DNA from: an uncultured Candidatus Micrarchaeota archaeon
GTDB taxonomy: Archaea > Micrarchaeota > Micrarchaeia > Burarchaeales > Fermentimicrarchaeaceae
Length of the DNA: 64,000 nt
Assembly: GCA_903884505.1 (NCBI GenBank)
Contig: CAISET010000015.1
Span: 10,819 to 74,818, forward strand
Direction of reading: 5' to 3'
Below the pieces are notes generated by a model. The model worked only from the letters and a program-made list of their open reading frames with translations, had not been told where the DNA came from and ran no database searches. The position numbers and the translations under genes are program-made. Positions within the stretch are counted from its first letter, which is position 1. Each line of letters opens with the position of its first letter. Below, piece after piece: positions 50,805 to 60,510 of this stretch.

Positions 50805-53800
50805 ATGTCCCGAAACCGTGCCCAATCAGAACCCCCGATGCGCAGGCTTGAGTCGCCTTCGGCGATTGTGTCGCCTTCCGGCGACAGCTCGCCAACTTCG
50901 TTGGCGACTGCTGCGCAACTTCCGTTGCGCATCGCTCTTCGTTCCAACGCGATTTGCGCTTCGGCGCAAATGCGTCGCAGTTCGCCACCGAGGCGAACTT
51001 GCGAACGAACTCGCTCGCCGCGCATATCCAGTCGCCTTCGGCGACTGCCTGTTGCGCGTTGCGCAACATCGTCGGTTCCTGAACCTCCGCACATCAAAGG
51101 TCAGGCAGCCATAGAGTTTCTTATTACAAACGGCTGGGCCATCCTCGTCGTAGTCATCCTTCTCGCCGTCCTCTTCTACATAGGAGTTTTGAGCCCCCAG
51201 AACACCACGCCTAACACCTGTCTTTTCCAACCCGGCTTCTCCTGCTACACATTCAAAGTGGGAAATGTAACCGGTTCCCTGGAACTGGATTTTGGCCAGG
51301 CGACAGGCAAATCAATTCTAGTCACAGGAATCTCCTGCTCCCAGAACGCAACTGCCGCACTCCATACATCTCCCCTTGCGGAGGACATCACCGTCCCATC
51401 AGGCGAGCATCGCTGGATTGCCGGGGGAACTTCCAACAACAGCGGCATCATCTGCGAAGGCGCGACAGGCGTGGCAGGTAGCAGGTACAAGGGCACAGTC
51501 TGCGTAAATTACATCGAATCCGACGCCAACGCCCAAAGATTAATCTGCGGAGACATAAACGCGAGGCTTGAGCCGGCATCCATACCCCGCGGGAGCCCGA
51601 CAACTACGCCATACCCGACTCCGCCGCTAGGAGCGACTCCCATCACCGACTGCTCCTCCAGCCCCATCATAATCAGCTCTCCGGGCTATTACTACCTGAA
51701 CAGCAGCCTTACCTCAAGCGGCAACAACTGCATAGAAATAACCGCGGACGCCAGCAACTCCATCCTGGACTGCTATGGCCACAGCATAACCGGCACACCC
51801 TACAGTGGCGCGGGCATCTATCTGCAGGCCACCACTGGAGTAACTCTGAGGCATTGTGTCGTTAGCACATTCTATCAGGGCATTCTCCTGGGCCCTTCCT
51901 CCACTGGCAACATCATCACGGACAACACCGCCAGCTCGAACCAACATGGCATCTTCCTTCAGTCGGCCAACGGCAACACCATAACCGGCAACATTGCCAA
52001 TTCGAACGGCGACACGGGCATCTACTTCTTCTCCTCGAGCGACAACAACCTTACCGGCAATAACGCCCTTGCAAACAACGGCTACGGCATCTATACGGAC
52101 GGCAACTCGGCCAACAACCTGTTCACGGGAAATGCCGCCTGCTGGAACCGGAACCAGGACGTCCACTGCGACGTGTCCCAGAGCGAGGGCAATGATAACA
52201 TCTGCATGCCCTACGAGGAAACCGTCTGCTCGGGCAGCATCACCTGCAACCCCGTCTGTCCGGCTCCCCCGGCTCCCGCATGCGCGCCAGGCTTTGTGGT
52301 GAGTTCCTGCGACTGCGTGCTGAACGTTCCCGGCAATTACACGCTTGAAAGCGACCTGAATGAGACGCAGGGCGGCGACTGCATAGATATCATAGCAAAT
52401 GATTCGAACCTCGACTGCCAGCACCACAGCATCACGAGCCAAAGCGGCGGCACCGGCATAATGATAGTCAACTGGAATACCTATAGCATAAGCGGAGTGA
52501 GCGTTGAAAACTGCAACGCCAGCAACCTCTCATATGGAATTTACGCATACGGCGTGTACAACAGCACAATAACGGACAACATTGCCAGCGCGAACCAATA
52601 TGGCATCTTCATCCAGTCGTCCAGCGGCAACATCATCTCGGGCAACACCGCCAACTCGAACCCCAATACCAACATCTACCTCTCTTCCGCAACAGACAAC
52701 AACCTCACGGGCAACACTGCCCTCGCAAGCATCAACGGCTACGGCGTCTATGCGGACGGCAGTTCGAGCAACAACCTGCTCACGGAAAACTCCGCCTGCT
52801 GGAACCAATACGGGGACGTATACTGCGACGCGCCCCAAACTGAGGGCAACGGCAACATCTGCATGCCATACGAGGGAACCGCGTGCCTGGACAGCATCAC
52901 CTGCAACCCCACATGCCCATCGCCTTCCCCACCGGATTGCGCACCGGGCTGGGTGGTAAGCTCCTGCGGCTGCACGCTGAACATGCCTGGCAACTACACA
53001 CTGGAAAGCGACCTGAATTCCACGGGCGGCGACTGCATAGACATCACGGCAAATGGTGCGAACCTCGACTGCCAGCACCACAGCATCACAACCCAAGGCG
53101 GAGGCAACGGCATAATGATAGCCAACTGGAATACCGGCAGCATAAGCGAAGTGAGCGTTGAAAACTGCAACCCGAGCAACTTCAGCGTTGGCATCTACGC
53201 GTATGGCTTGAGCGGCGGCAACATGAGCGGCAACACCGCCAGCGCCAATTCCGAGGGCATGATGCTGCAGAACTCCAACGGCATTGAAATCACGGGCAAT
53301 ACCGCCAGCTCGAACTCCGATGTCGGCATCCTCCTATCGTCATCAAGCGACAACAACCTCACGGGCAATCACGCCACTGGGAACAACGGAATCGGCGGCA
53401 TCTATGCGGACTCCGGTTCCAGCAACAACCTACTCACGGACAACACCGCCTGCTGGAACACATATTATGGCATCTACTGTGATGCGCCCCAAACTGAGGG
53501 CAACGGCAACATCTGCATGCCATACGGGGAAACCGCGTGCTTGGGCAGCATCACCTGCAATTCCGAATGCCCGCCGCCTGAGCCGCCCGCCTGCGCCCCA
53601 GATTGGGTGGTGAATAGCTGCTCATGCATCCTCGGAGTGCCGGGAGATTATACGCTTGATTCCGACCTGCATTATTCGGACTACAGCGATTGCATAGACC
53701 TCTATTCCGGCGCAAGCGGCTCAACCCTCGACTGCCAGGGGCACAGCATAACCGGAGTTCCGGGCATGGGGCAGGGCATCGCACTCTGGTCCAATAACAT

Positions 53801-55514
53801 CACAGTCAGGAACTGCAACCTGGCCAATTTCAGCAACGGCATCGTTGCCTTCACCACCCACGGCAGCAGCATCATCGGCAACAACGTCAGTTCAACCGAC
53901 TATGGCATCTCCCTATGGTCTTCTTCAACCAACGATACTATTGCGGGCAACAACGCCAGCTTTAACATTTTTGGCATCACGCTGAGTTCGTCCAGTGGCA
54001 ACAACTTCACGGACAACATAGCCATGAACAACACTGCCACCGGAAATTCATTTGCCGACTTCTATTGCATATCGTCGGATTCAAACGGTGATTATGGCAA
54101 CGTCTGTGAAACGCAGGCTGGCTGCGAGTCGTGGCTCGGCTGCGGCCTTATGCCCGCCTGCAGTTCCAGCATCACAGAATGCTGCGTAATCAACTCCACT
54201 GGCTCATACTCGCTCGCGGACGATATCTCTGCCGCCGGCGACTGCATAAGCATCCTGCCCGGTGCTAACGGAGCGACGCTTGACTGCGGCGGCAAGACTA
54301 TTACGGGGCCGGGAAACAGCGGCAACGGAATCCAGTTGTTCGGCACAAGCGGAGTGACTGTGGAGAACTGCGGAGTCAGCGGCTTTATGTACGGCATAAG
54401 CTTGTCATCAGCAAACGGCAATGCAATAACAGGCAACAACGCCAGCTCAAACGGCCAGATCGGCATTTTAATGAGTGCATCAAACGGCAATGATATCACG
54501 GGCAACACAGCTAATTCAGACTATAGCGGCATCAGCATGTCGTATTCCGATGGCAACACGATAACCGGCAATACGGTCTCGAACGGCAACTCGAACGGCC
54601 AAGGTATCATTATGTCCCAATGCGATGGCAATGCCATAACCGGAAACACTGTCACCCTGAACTACTACGGTATTTACCTCTCGTATTCAACCGACAACAC
54701 AATCTCCGGCAATATCGCAAACTCGAACCACTTCGGCATCGAAATAGAGTACTCGAGCTACAACAACACCGTGACTGGCAACACTGCCTGCTGGAGCGGT
54801 GAACTGAATAAGAATATCTACTGCGATGTTGCCCAAAACGACGGCGGCGGCAACATCTGCGCACCTGAGGGCCCGAACACGGTCTGCTCGCACAACGTCT
54901 CCTGCGGTTCCGGATGCCCGCCGCCCCTTCCGCCCTCCTGCGCCCCCGGCTGGGTGATAAGTACCTGCCCATGCACCATCGGAGTGCCGGAGAGCTACAC
55001 GCTTGATTCGGACATTAATTACACGAACCCGTCTGGTGGAACCTGCATAACAGTGTCGGCAGGGGCCAGCGGCGCGACCATAAACTGCCAAGACCACAAC
55101 ATCACAGGCTCAGGAAGCGGCTTCGGCATCTCCCTTTACAGCGTCAACGGCATTAGTGTCGAGAACTGCAAAGTGAGCAACTTCAGCAAGGGCATCTACC
55201 TCAGTTACGCCAATGGCAACACCCTAACTAACAACATCGCCAGCTCGAACCACGATACCGGCATCATGATCGAAGGCTCCAACAACAACACCTTTACGGG
55301 CAACACCGCAAACCAGAACACCTACGAAGGCATGTACCTGCAGTACGGAAGCACAAACAACAACTTCACGGGCAATACGGCAATTGGCAACTCGGACTAC
55401 GACTTCATATGCAACAGCTTGAACTCCAACAATGACCTCGGCGGAAATGTATGCAGCAACCGAGATTCCTGCGGCCCGAACCCGCCCTATTGGCTCAACT
55501 GCACCGCACCGTAG
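50805..55514 (+). CDS. Giant pilin-like beta-helix protein B1. The class III signal ...HIKG|QAAIEFLITNGWAILVVV puts mature Gln at 51102. Five ~215-aa Cys-rich-linker + parallel beta-helix modules follow. The start codon is uncertain.
   Basis: 1569-aa ORF. The first 99 codons are read through hairpin element D, with no ATG/GTG/TTG just upstream of KG|Q. The module is ...ACWNxYGDVYCDAPQTEGNGNICMPYEGTAC..SITCNPxCPxPxPPxCAPGWVVSSCxCxLNxPGNYTLESDLN...DCQHHSIT...NNLTGNTA... (PbH1/NosD-like repeats). Confidence 0.65.
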   Translation: MSRNRAQSEPPMRRLESPSAIVSPSGDSSPTSLATAAQLPLRIALRSNAICASAQMRRSSPPRRTCERTRSPRISSRLRRLPVARCATSSVPEPPHIKGQAAIEFLITNGWAILVVVILLAVLFYIGVLSPQNTTPNTCLFQPGFSCYTFKVGNVTGSLELDFGQATGKSILVTGISCSQNATAALHTSPLAEDITVPSGEHRWIAGGTSNNSGIICEGATGVAGSRYKGTVCVNYIESDANAQRLICGDINARLEPASIPRGSPTTTPYPTPPLGATPITDCSSSPIIISSPGYYYLNSSLTSSGNNCIEITADASNSILDCYGHSITGTPYSGAGIYLQATTGVTLRHCVVSTFYQGILLGPSSTGNIITDNTASSNQHGIFLQSANGNTITGNIANSNGDTGIYFFSSSDNNLTGNNALANNGYGIYTDGNSANNLFTGNAACWNRNQDVHCDVSQSEGNDNICMPYEETVCSGSITCNPVCPAPPAPACAPGFVVSSCDCVLNVPGNYTLESDLNETQGGDCIDIIANDSNLDCQHHSITSQSGGTGIMIVNWNTYSISGVSVENCNASNLSYGIYAYGVYNSTITDNIASANQYGIFIQSSSGNIISGNTANSNPNTNIYLSSATDNNLTGNTALASINGYGVYADGSSSNNLLTENSACWNQYGDVYCDAPQTEGNGNICMPYEGTACLDSITCNPTCPSPSPPDCAPGWVVSSCGCTLNMPGNYTLESDLNSTGGDCIDITANGANLDCQHHSITTQGGGNGIMIANWNTGSISEVSVENCNPSNFSVGIYAYGLSGGNMSGNTASANSEGMMLQNSNGIEITGNTASSNSDVGILLSSSSDNNLTGNHATGNNGIGGIYADSGSSNNLLTDNTACWNTYYGIYCDAPQTEGNGNICMPYGETACLGSITCNSECPPPEPPACAPDWVVNSCSCILGVPGDYTLDSDLHYSDYSDCIDLYSGASGSTLDCQGHSITGVPGMGQGIALWSNNITVRNCNLANFSNGIVAFTTHGSSIIGNNVSSTDYGISLWSSSTNDTIAGNNASFNIFGITLSSSSGNNFTDNIAMNNTATGNSFADFYCISSDSNGDYGNVCETQAGCESWLGCGLMPACSSSITECCVINSTGSYSLADDISAAGDCISILPGANGATLDCGGKTITGPGNSGNGIQLFGTSGVTVENCGVSGFMYGISLSSANGNAITGNNASSNGQIGILMSASNGNDITGNTANSDYSGISMSYSDGNTITGNTVSNGNSNGQGIIMSQCDGNAITGNTVTLNYYGIYLSYSTDNTISGNIANSNHFGIEIEYSSYNNTVTGNTACWSGELNKNIYCDVAQNDGGGNICAPEGPNTVCSHNVSCGSGCPPPLPPSCAPGWVISTCPCTIGVPESYTLDSDINYTNPSGGTCITVSAGASGATINCQDHNITGSGSGFGISLYSVNGISVENCKVSNFSKGIYLSYANGNTLTNNIASSNHDTGIMIEGSNNNTFTGNTANQNTYEGMYLQYGSTNNNFTGNTAIGNSDYDFICNSLNSNNDLGGNVCSNRDSCGPNPPYWLNCTAP
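50827..51090. repeat. Hairpin-mosaic repeat element, copy D (8 mini-hairpins), inside the 5' end of the first giant pilin-like gene
   Basis: Starts cagaacccccgatgcgcaggcttga-GTCGCCTTCGGCGA... and ends ...GTCGCCTTCGGCGAC-tgcct-GTTGCGCGTTGCGCAAC-atcgtcggttcctgaac, as in copies A and B. Confidence 0.8.
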
Positions 55515-55586
55515 CCCATCCCTTCTCCTGCCCCACTCCGCCGCCATAGCCTGCATCCTCTCCGGCGCCTCAACTCCCAAATGCCC

Positions 55587-55602
55587 GAAAAGCCTTTTAA
55601 GC
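55587..55602 (+). promoter_or_regulatory. Promoter of B2 (gaaaagccttttaagc); TATA ends 24 bp before the GTG at 55624
   Basis: Shared motif aaa(a/g)cc(c)ttttaa(a/g), also found upstream of P1, B3 and B4. Confidence 0.5.
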
Positions 55603-55623
55603 ACTCTTCCGCCAACCTTAGCG

Positions 55624-57075
55624 GTGGTTCCCTTGGGAGAGAAGCGCGCTCAATCGGCTCTTGAATTTCTCATGACCTACGGCTGGGCCATAGTACTCAT
55701 ACTCGCCGCCATCGCAGCCCTCTACTACTTCGGATTCTTCGAATCCACCCGCTACGTCCCGAGGAGCTGCACGCTGCAGCCCGCGCTTCCGTGCGACACC
55801 TACGTGATGGGCTACAACGCGAGCGCCACCGAGCCGCTCTCCTTCAAGATGCTGAGCCACAACGGCCTCGGTTCCGACATAAACCTCACCGGCTTCTCCA
55901 TAAGCGTTGAAAACATCGGAGGGGTGGGGACGAACACCTACCAGGGCGCATGCTCCAGCTATGACAACACCACCCAAACAATCTCCTCGCTCACGCATCC
56001 GGGCAATCTCATCATCTGCGATGCAGACATACCGGACACGGACCGCATCCCGCGCATCGGCGATCCGGTCCGCTTCACGATAACAATGTATTACGTCAAC
56101 TGCGAAACCGACCCGAACTACCACACGACGGGCTCCTGCTTGGGAGGCACCGCGCACACCGTGCAGGGCTCGGTGAACACGCAGCTCGAGTACGAGCACG
56201 AAATGCCCTACCCCACCCCATGCTGCCCGCTCCCAACCCCGTCCCCAACTGCCAGCCCATCCCCGTCACCTTCGCCAACTGCAAGCCCGTCCCCAAGCCC
56301 CTCACCTTCGCCAAGCCCATCGCCTTCGCCCAGCCCTTCCGTGACCCCATCCTCTTGCCCGACTGGAGGCGGAACCATATTGGCCTGCCCATGCACCATA
56401 CACGGGGCGGGCACGTATACTTTGGGCGATGATCTGAACCCGAATCCAGACGGCTTCACCTGCCTGGTAGTGCAAAGCGATTCCGACAATGCAGTAATCA
56501 ACTGCGATGGCCATAACATCACGGGCCCAGGCGATTTCGGCGTTGTCGTATATGCCAACGGCGTCACCCTTGAGGGCTGCAACATACATCAGTACGGGAA
56601 GGGCATCGTGACTTACGGCAACAACACCATCATAACGAATAATAGGATGACCGAGGGCGACATAGGGATAGACCTTGAAAGCAACGGAAACCGCGTAACC
56701 GGCAACAACGCATCACACAATGGCTATCCCTTAGTTGCCGGCACTGGACTCATAGTAGGCGGCTCCAACAATGTGATTGAGAACAACTATTTCGATTCGA
56801 ACTGGGGCGGCACCGGTTCCTACGAAGGGGGCATTGGCATCGACATAGAAGGGTCGTCGGCAAGCGGCAACAATTTCACAAACAACGAGGCCATCGGGAA
56901 CAACTACTGGGGCGTTTACCTCGGCTATCTCACCCACACCGATAACAGGTTCACGGGCAACACGGCGACCGGCAACCCGCACGGAGACTTCAAATGCAAT
57001 TCGGCAAGCGCCATAGACGGTGACAACATCTGCTCGGACGATCAAGGCTGCAGCAGCTGGCTCCACTCCTGTTGA
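55624..57075 (+). CDS. Pilin-like beta-helix protein B2 (GTG start; alternative TTG at 55633). Class III signal ..EKRA|QSALEFLMTYGWAIVLILAAI.
   Basis: ~480 aa: a conserved ~170-aa post-pilin domain shared with B3/B4 (DTSRY(I/V)PRxC.LQP.L.C..., NCE(A/T)DP(D/N)YHTTG.C), an (SP)n linker, a Cys knot, then parallel beta-helix repeats (..VTGNNASHNGY.., ..FTNNEAIGNNYWG.., ..FTGNTATGNPHGDFKCNS..). Confidence 0.7.
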   Translation: MVPLGEKRAQSALEFLMTYGWAIVLILAAIAALYYFGFFESTRYVPRSCTLQPALPCDTYVMGYNASATEPLSFKMLSHNGLGSDINLTGFSISVENIGGVGTNTYQGACSSYDNTTQTISSLTHPGNLIICDADIPDTDRIPRIGDPVRFTITMYYVNCETDPNYHTTGSCLGGTAHTVQGSVNTQLEYEHEMPYPTPCCPLPTPSPTASPSPSPSPTASPSPSPSPSPSPSPSPSPSVTPSSCPTGGGTILACPCTIHGAGTYTLGDDLNPNPDGFTCLVVQSDSDNAVINCDGHNITGPGDFGVVVYANGVTLEGCNIHQYGKGIVTYGNNTIITNNRMTEGDIGIDLESNGNRVTGNNASHNGYPLVAGTGLIVGGSNNVIENNYFDSNWGGTGSYEGGIGIDIEGSSASGNNFTNNEAIGNNYWGVYLGYLTHTDNRFTGNTATGNPHGDFKCNSASAIDGDNICSDDQGCSSWLHSC

Positions 57076-57150
57076 CCCCAAAAGCCAGCCTGAACAGCCT
57101 TCCGCCATTTCCCCGCAGTGGCGTCCTTGCGCAGAACCGGCAAAAGCGCC

Positions 57151-57166
57151 AAAAACCCTTTTAAAT
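57151..57166 (+). promoter_or_regulatory. Promoter of B3 (aaaaacccttttaaat); TATA ends 26 bp before the GTG at 57190
   Basis: Lies inside the ORF-track ORF (57118 start), which argues for the downstream GTG/TTG start. Confidence 0.5.
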
Positions 57167-57189
57167 CACCTTCTGCCCAGTCTTCCCGG

Positions 57190-60100
57190 GTGGTCCCTTT
57201 GAAGAACAGCGGGCAGTCGGCACTTGAGTTCCTCATGACCTACGGTTGGGCCCTACTCGTGGTATTGGTCTTCATCTCCGCCCTCTACCTATTCGGCGTA
57301 TTCGACACGAGCCGCTACATCCCGAGGCAGTGCTACCTGCAGCCCGGGCTCGAATGCACCTCCTTCAAGATGATGAAAAACGAGAGCAACATGACGGTCG
57401 AATTTTCGGGCCGCAACGACTTCGGCTATGACATCGGGTTCGCAAACAACACGGCGACGCTGTTGGCCGAGAACATAGGGGGGATAGGCAAGAACAATTA
57501 CACCGGCACCTGCTCACCCTCCATAGTAAGGGCGGGCACCACCTACACCTGCATCATCAACATCACGGACAATGCGCGCGTCCCCGCGCTCGGCGAAATG
57601 CGCAGGATGTCGCTTTCATTGGGTTTCAAGAACTGCGAGGCCGATCCGGACTACCACACGACCGGCGACTGCTTCACGGTTCTTGCGCAAGACCACACGC
57701 TCACGGGTGAAATCGCCACGCAGATGGAAAACTACCAGAGCCTCAGCCTCTGCGGCAACGGCATATGCGATGACAACCTCGGAGAGACCAATGACACCTG
57801 CTCCCAGGACTGCAACGTCACCGCCGTGGGCCTGCAGATAGCCGCAGACCCGCAAGCCATACCGGCCGACGGCACCTCCTCCTTGCTGGTAACGGTAACA
57901 GTCCTGGACATATTCAGCCACCCCATCGAGGGCGCCTTGGTCCATTTCGAGAAGAACACCAGCGTGGGCTCTTTCAACGTTGACAGCAACACCACCGATG
58001 CGAACGGCCAGGCGACCGTCACCCTGACTTCCGGCAACAGCGAGGCGCAGGTGCAGATAAACGCAACATCCGACACCGCGACGGGCAGCACGGTCGTCGC
58101 CTTCACCTTCGGCTGCGGCGTGATTATCTCGGAGGACACAAACCTCACGGACGACCTTTCCTCCACCAGCCCCGGCTGCTGCATCATCATCGCGGCGGAC
58201 GGCGTAACGCTTGACGGCATGGGCCACACCATTTCCGGCGGCGGCGTCGGGAACGGCGTTTGCGCAATCAACCGCACCGGCGTGACCGCCAAGAACCTCA
58301 GGCTTGCAAGCACCAACTACGGGATATACTTTGAGAACACGAACGACAGCTTCATCACGGGCAACAACGCAACCCCGGACAACGAATACGGCATCATCCT
58401 TAACCTCTCCAACGGCAACAGCCTCTCCGGCAACACCGCCAGCAGCAACGGCGCATACGGCATCTTCCTCACCGCCAGCGCATTCAACATCTTCACGGGC
58501 AACAACATCACCAACAATTCCGGCGACGGCATCTCCCTCGCGAGCAACAGCAATTCCAACAACTTCACCGGCAACAACGTAACCTACAACACGGGGAACG
58601 GCATACGCCTGGACTCCATCAGCAATAGCAACCTCACGGGCAACCGCGTCTGCAGCAACACCGTCTCGGACTTCAGCTGCTCCGGCTCGGCCAACAACCC
58701 GGATGGCAACGTTTACGACACCAACTCCGGCTGCACGGAGATTACGCAGACCGTGGACTGCGCAGGCGAGCACACCATCAATGACTGCACCACGGTTTCC
58801 TCCTCCGGCACATGGCACGTGGGACGGGACATAGGGTTCACGGGCGGCACCTGCTGCATCAACATCACCGCAGACAACGTCGTGATTAACGGCTCCAGCT
58901 ACTCCATCACCGGCGACAACGCCACAGGAAGCATGGGCGTGTGCACGTACGACAAGCAGGGCATCACGGTCGCGGACCTGACCACTGCTTCGGTGCAATA
59001 CGGAATCTATTTCTCCAACACGCAAAGCAGCATTATAACGCGCTGCAATGCCAGGAATACGCTCAGCGGGAGCGGCATCCGCCTTGATTACTCCAATTCA
59101 AACAACATCACGGGCACCAACGTGACCTCGAACGATGCAGCCGGCGTCCCGCGCAATGGTGCCATCTACCTGAACAACTCGGACAGCAACAGGATTACCG
59201 GGAGCAATGCAAGTTCGAACAGCGCGGGAGGCATCCTGCTGCATTATTCCGACAGCAACACCATCTCAGGCAACACTGTCACTTCGAATTCGGGGCCTAG
59301 CGTAGGAGGCATTTACCTAGATGGCAGCAACAGCAACAGCATAACGGGCAATACTGTCAGCGGGAATAGCGACGGCATAGGATTGTTAGGTAATGTGGAG
59401 CCCCCCTACGCCTACTGCTGCAACTCCAACACCGTCTCGGGCAACAGCGTTACAAACAACGGCGTAGGCATCGGCCTAGACTGCAGCGGCGGGACAGGCG
59501 ACGGCCGCAACAACGTCATCTCAGACAACAACATCTGGTCAAACAGCGACAACGGCATTGGCATAACTTCTTCCATACTCGATACCACAATACTGAGGAA
59601 TAACATCACCTACAATACCCATGGCATCGAAGCAATTTTCGGCATGGGCGGCTCTTACATGACAATCGCAGGGAATAACATAAGTTCGAATTCGTTAAGC
59701 GGCATCGTCATAGAAGATGGCGATGTGAACACCATAGCAAACAACACCGTCAATTCGAATAGCCTCGGCGGCATCCGGCTTCACTACTCGACGGGCAATA
59801 CCCTAACGAACAACACATTTAATTCAAATACGGAGACCGGCATATGGCTGCAAAATTCCAACAACACCCAACTCAGCAACAACACGGCCTGTTTCAACTC
59901 CGTAATAGACTTCAATTGCAGCGAAGGCGCGACCAACGACTGGGGCAACAACTTCTACGATTACAACTCAGGGTGCGGCATATTCCAAATCGCCAACTGC
60001 TCATTCTCGCCAATCAGCGACTGCGGCATAATCTCCTCCAGGGGAAACTATTACCTGACGGATGATATCACATTCACGGGCTCCGGCTGCTGCATCAACA

Positions 60101-60465
60101 TAACGTCAGACAACGTCCTCCTCGATGGGAAGTACAAGTCCATAGGGGGCAATGGCAACGGGTACGGGGTCTGCGCCACCGGGAGGCTGAACGTGACGGT
60201 CCAGAATGCCACCGTGTGGGGCACTGAATACGGCATCTACTTCGACGGGACGAACAGCAGCTACATCCTAACCGACATCATGAGCGGGAACACCTATGAC
60301 ATATACGCGCTCTCATCCATCAGCAACACGATTGCAAACAACCTTGCCTGCTCAAGCGATCCCAGTTGGGGCCTCTATTGCTCCGGCTCGAGCGGCACCT
60401 TCACCGATAATAGCTGCAATAACCAGAGCGGATGCGGCGCCACCTGCTCACCCTGCGTGGACTAG
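57190..60465 (+). CDS. Giant pilin-like beta-helix protein B3 (GTG 57190 or TTG 57199: MKNSG|QSALEFLMTYGWALLVVLVFI)
   Basis: ~1090 aa: pilin N-domain, Big_1-like Ig domain (LQIAADPQAIPADGTSSLLVTVTVLD...ANGQATVTLTSG), then three long parallel beta-helix repeat arrays (..GNNxT.N.GxGI.L..S.SN..TGN..), each preceded by a Cys-rich segment. Confidence 0.7.
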   Translation: MVPLKNSGQSALEFLMTYGWALLVVLVFISALYLFGVFDTSRYIPRQCYLQPGLECTSFKMMKNESNMTVEFSGRNDFGYDIGFANNTATLLAENIGGIGKNNYTGTCSPSIVRAGTTYTCIINITDNARVPALGEMRRMSLSLGFKNCEADPDYHTTGDCFTVLAQDHTLTGEIATQMENYQSLSLCGNGICDDNLGETNDTCSQDCNVTAVGLQIAADPQAIPADGTSSLLVTVTVLDIFSHPIEGALVHFEKNTSVGSFNVDSNTTDANGQATVTLTSGNSEAQVQINATSDTATGSTVVAFTFGCGVIISEDTNLTDDLSSTSPGCCIIIAADGVTLDGMGHTISGGGVGNGVCAINRTGVTAKNLRLASTNYGIYFENTNDSFITGNNATPDNEYGIILNLSNGNSLSGNTASSNGAYGIFLTASAFNIFTGNNITNNSGDGISLASNSNSNNFTGNNVTYNTGNGIRLDSISNSNLTGNRVCSNTVSDFSCSGSANNPDGNVYDTNSGCTEITQTVDCAGEHTINDCTTVSSSGTWHVGRDIGFTGGTCCINITADNVVINGSSYSITGDNATGSMGVCTYDKQGITVADLTTASVQYGIYFSNTQSSIITRCNARNTLSGSGIRLDYSNSNNITGTNVTSNDAAGVPRNGAIYLNNSDSNRITGSNASSNSAGGILLHYSDSNTISGNTVTSNSGPSVGGIYLDGSNSNSITGNTVSGNSDGIGLLGNVEPPYAYCCNSNTVSGNSVTNNGVGIGLDCSGGTGDGRNNVISDNNIWSNSDNGIGITSSILDTTILRNNITYNTHGIEAIFGMGGSYMTIAGNNISSNSLSGIVIEDGDVNTIANNTVNSNSLGGIRLHYSTGNTLTNNTFNSNTETGIWLQNSNNTQLSNNTACFNSVIDFNCSEGATNDWGNNFYDYNSGCGIFQIANCSFSPISDCGIISSRGNYYLTDDITFTGSGCCINITSDNVLLDGKYKSIGGNGNGYGVCATGRLNVTVQNATVWGTEYGIYFDGTNSSYILTDIMSGNTYDIYALSSISNTIANNLACSSDPSWGLYCSGSSGTFTDNSCNNQSGCGATCSPCVD

Positions 60466-60473
60466 CCTTTCAT

Positions 60474-60487
60474 AAGCTTTTTTAAAC
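60474..60487 (+). promoter_or_regulatory. Promoter of B4 (agcttttttaaaca); TATA ends ~26 bp before the GTG at 60511
   Basis: Same box and spacing as for B2/B3. Confidence 0.5.
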
Positions 60488-60510
60488 ACCCTGCTGCCAA
60501 TTTCCGTACT

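Noticed and set aside
34242-51090. Possibility that the hairpin repeats are a CRISPR array
   Set aside because: There is no constant-length direct repeat alternating with unique spacers. Units are inverted repeats (hairpins) of differing sequence, and copies are dispersed with conserved termini. No cas genes are nearby.
57118-57189. ORF-track upstream extensions of the pilin-like genes (57118, 55432, 39474, 41153, 36879)
   Set aside because: The conserved TATA boxes fall inside these extensions, and the extensions overlap upstream genes. Downstream GTG/TTG/ATG starts give canonical short class III leaders.
57616-59025. 469-aa minus-strand ORF (and 51714..52442, 52530..53096, 54687..55097, 55618..56199) within B1-B3
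   Set aside because: Antisense to the beta-helix repeat genes. They are Ala/Val/Gly/Arg-rich, as expected from the reverse complement of NNxTGN-coding repeats.
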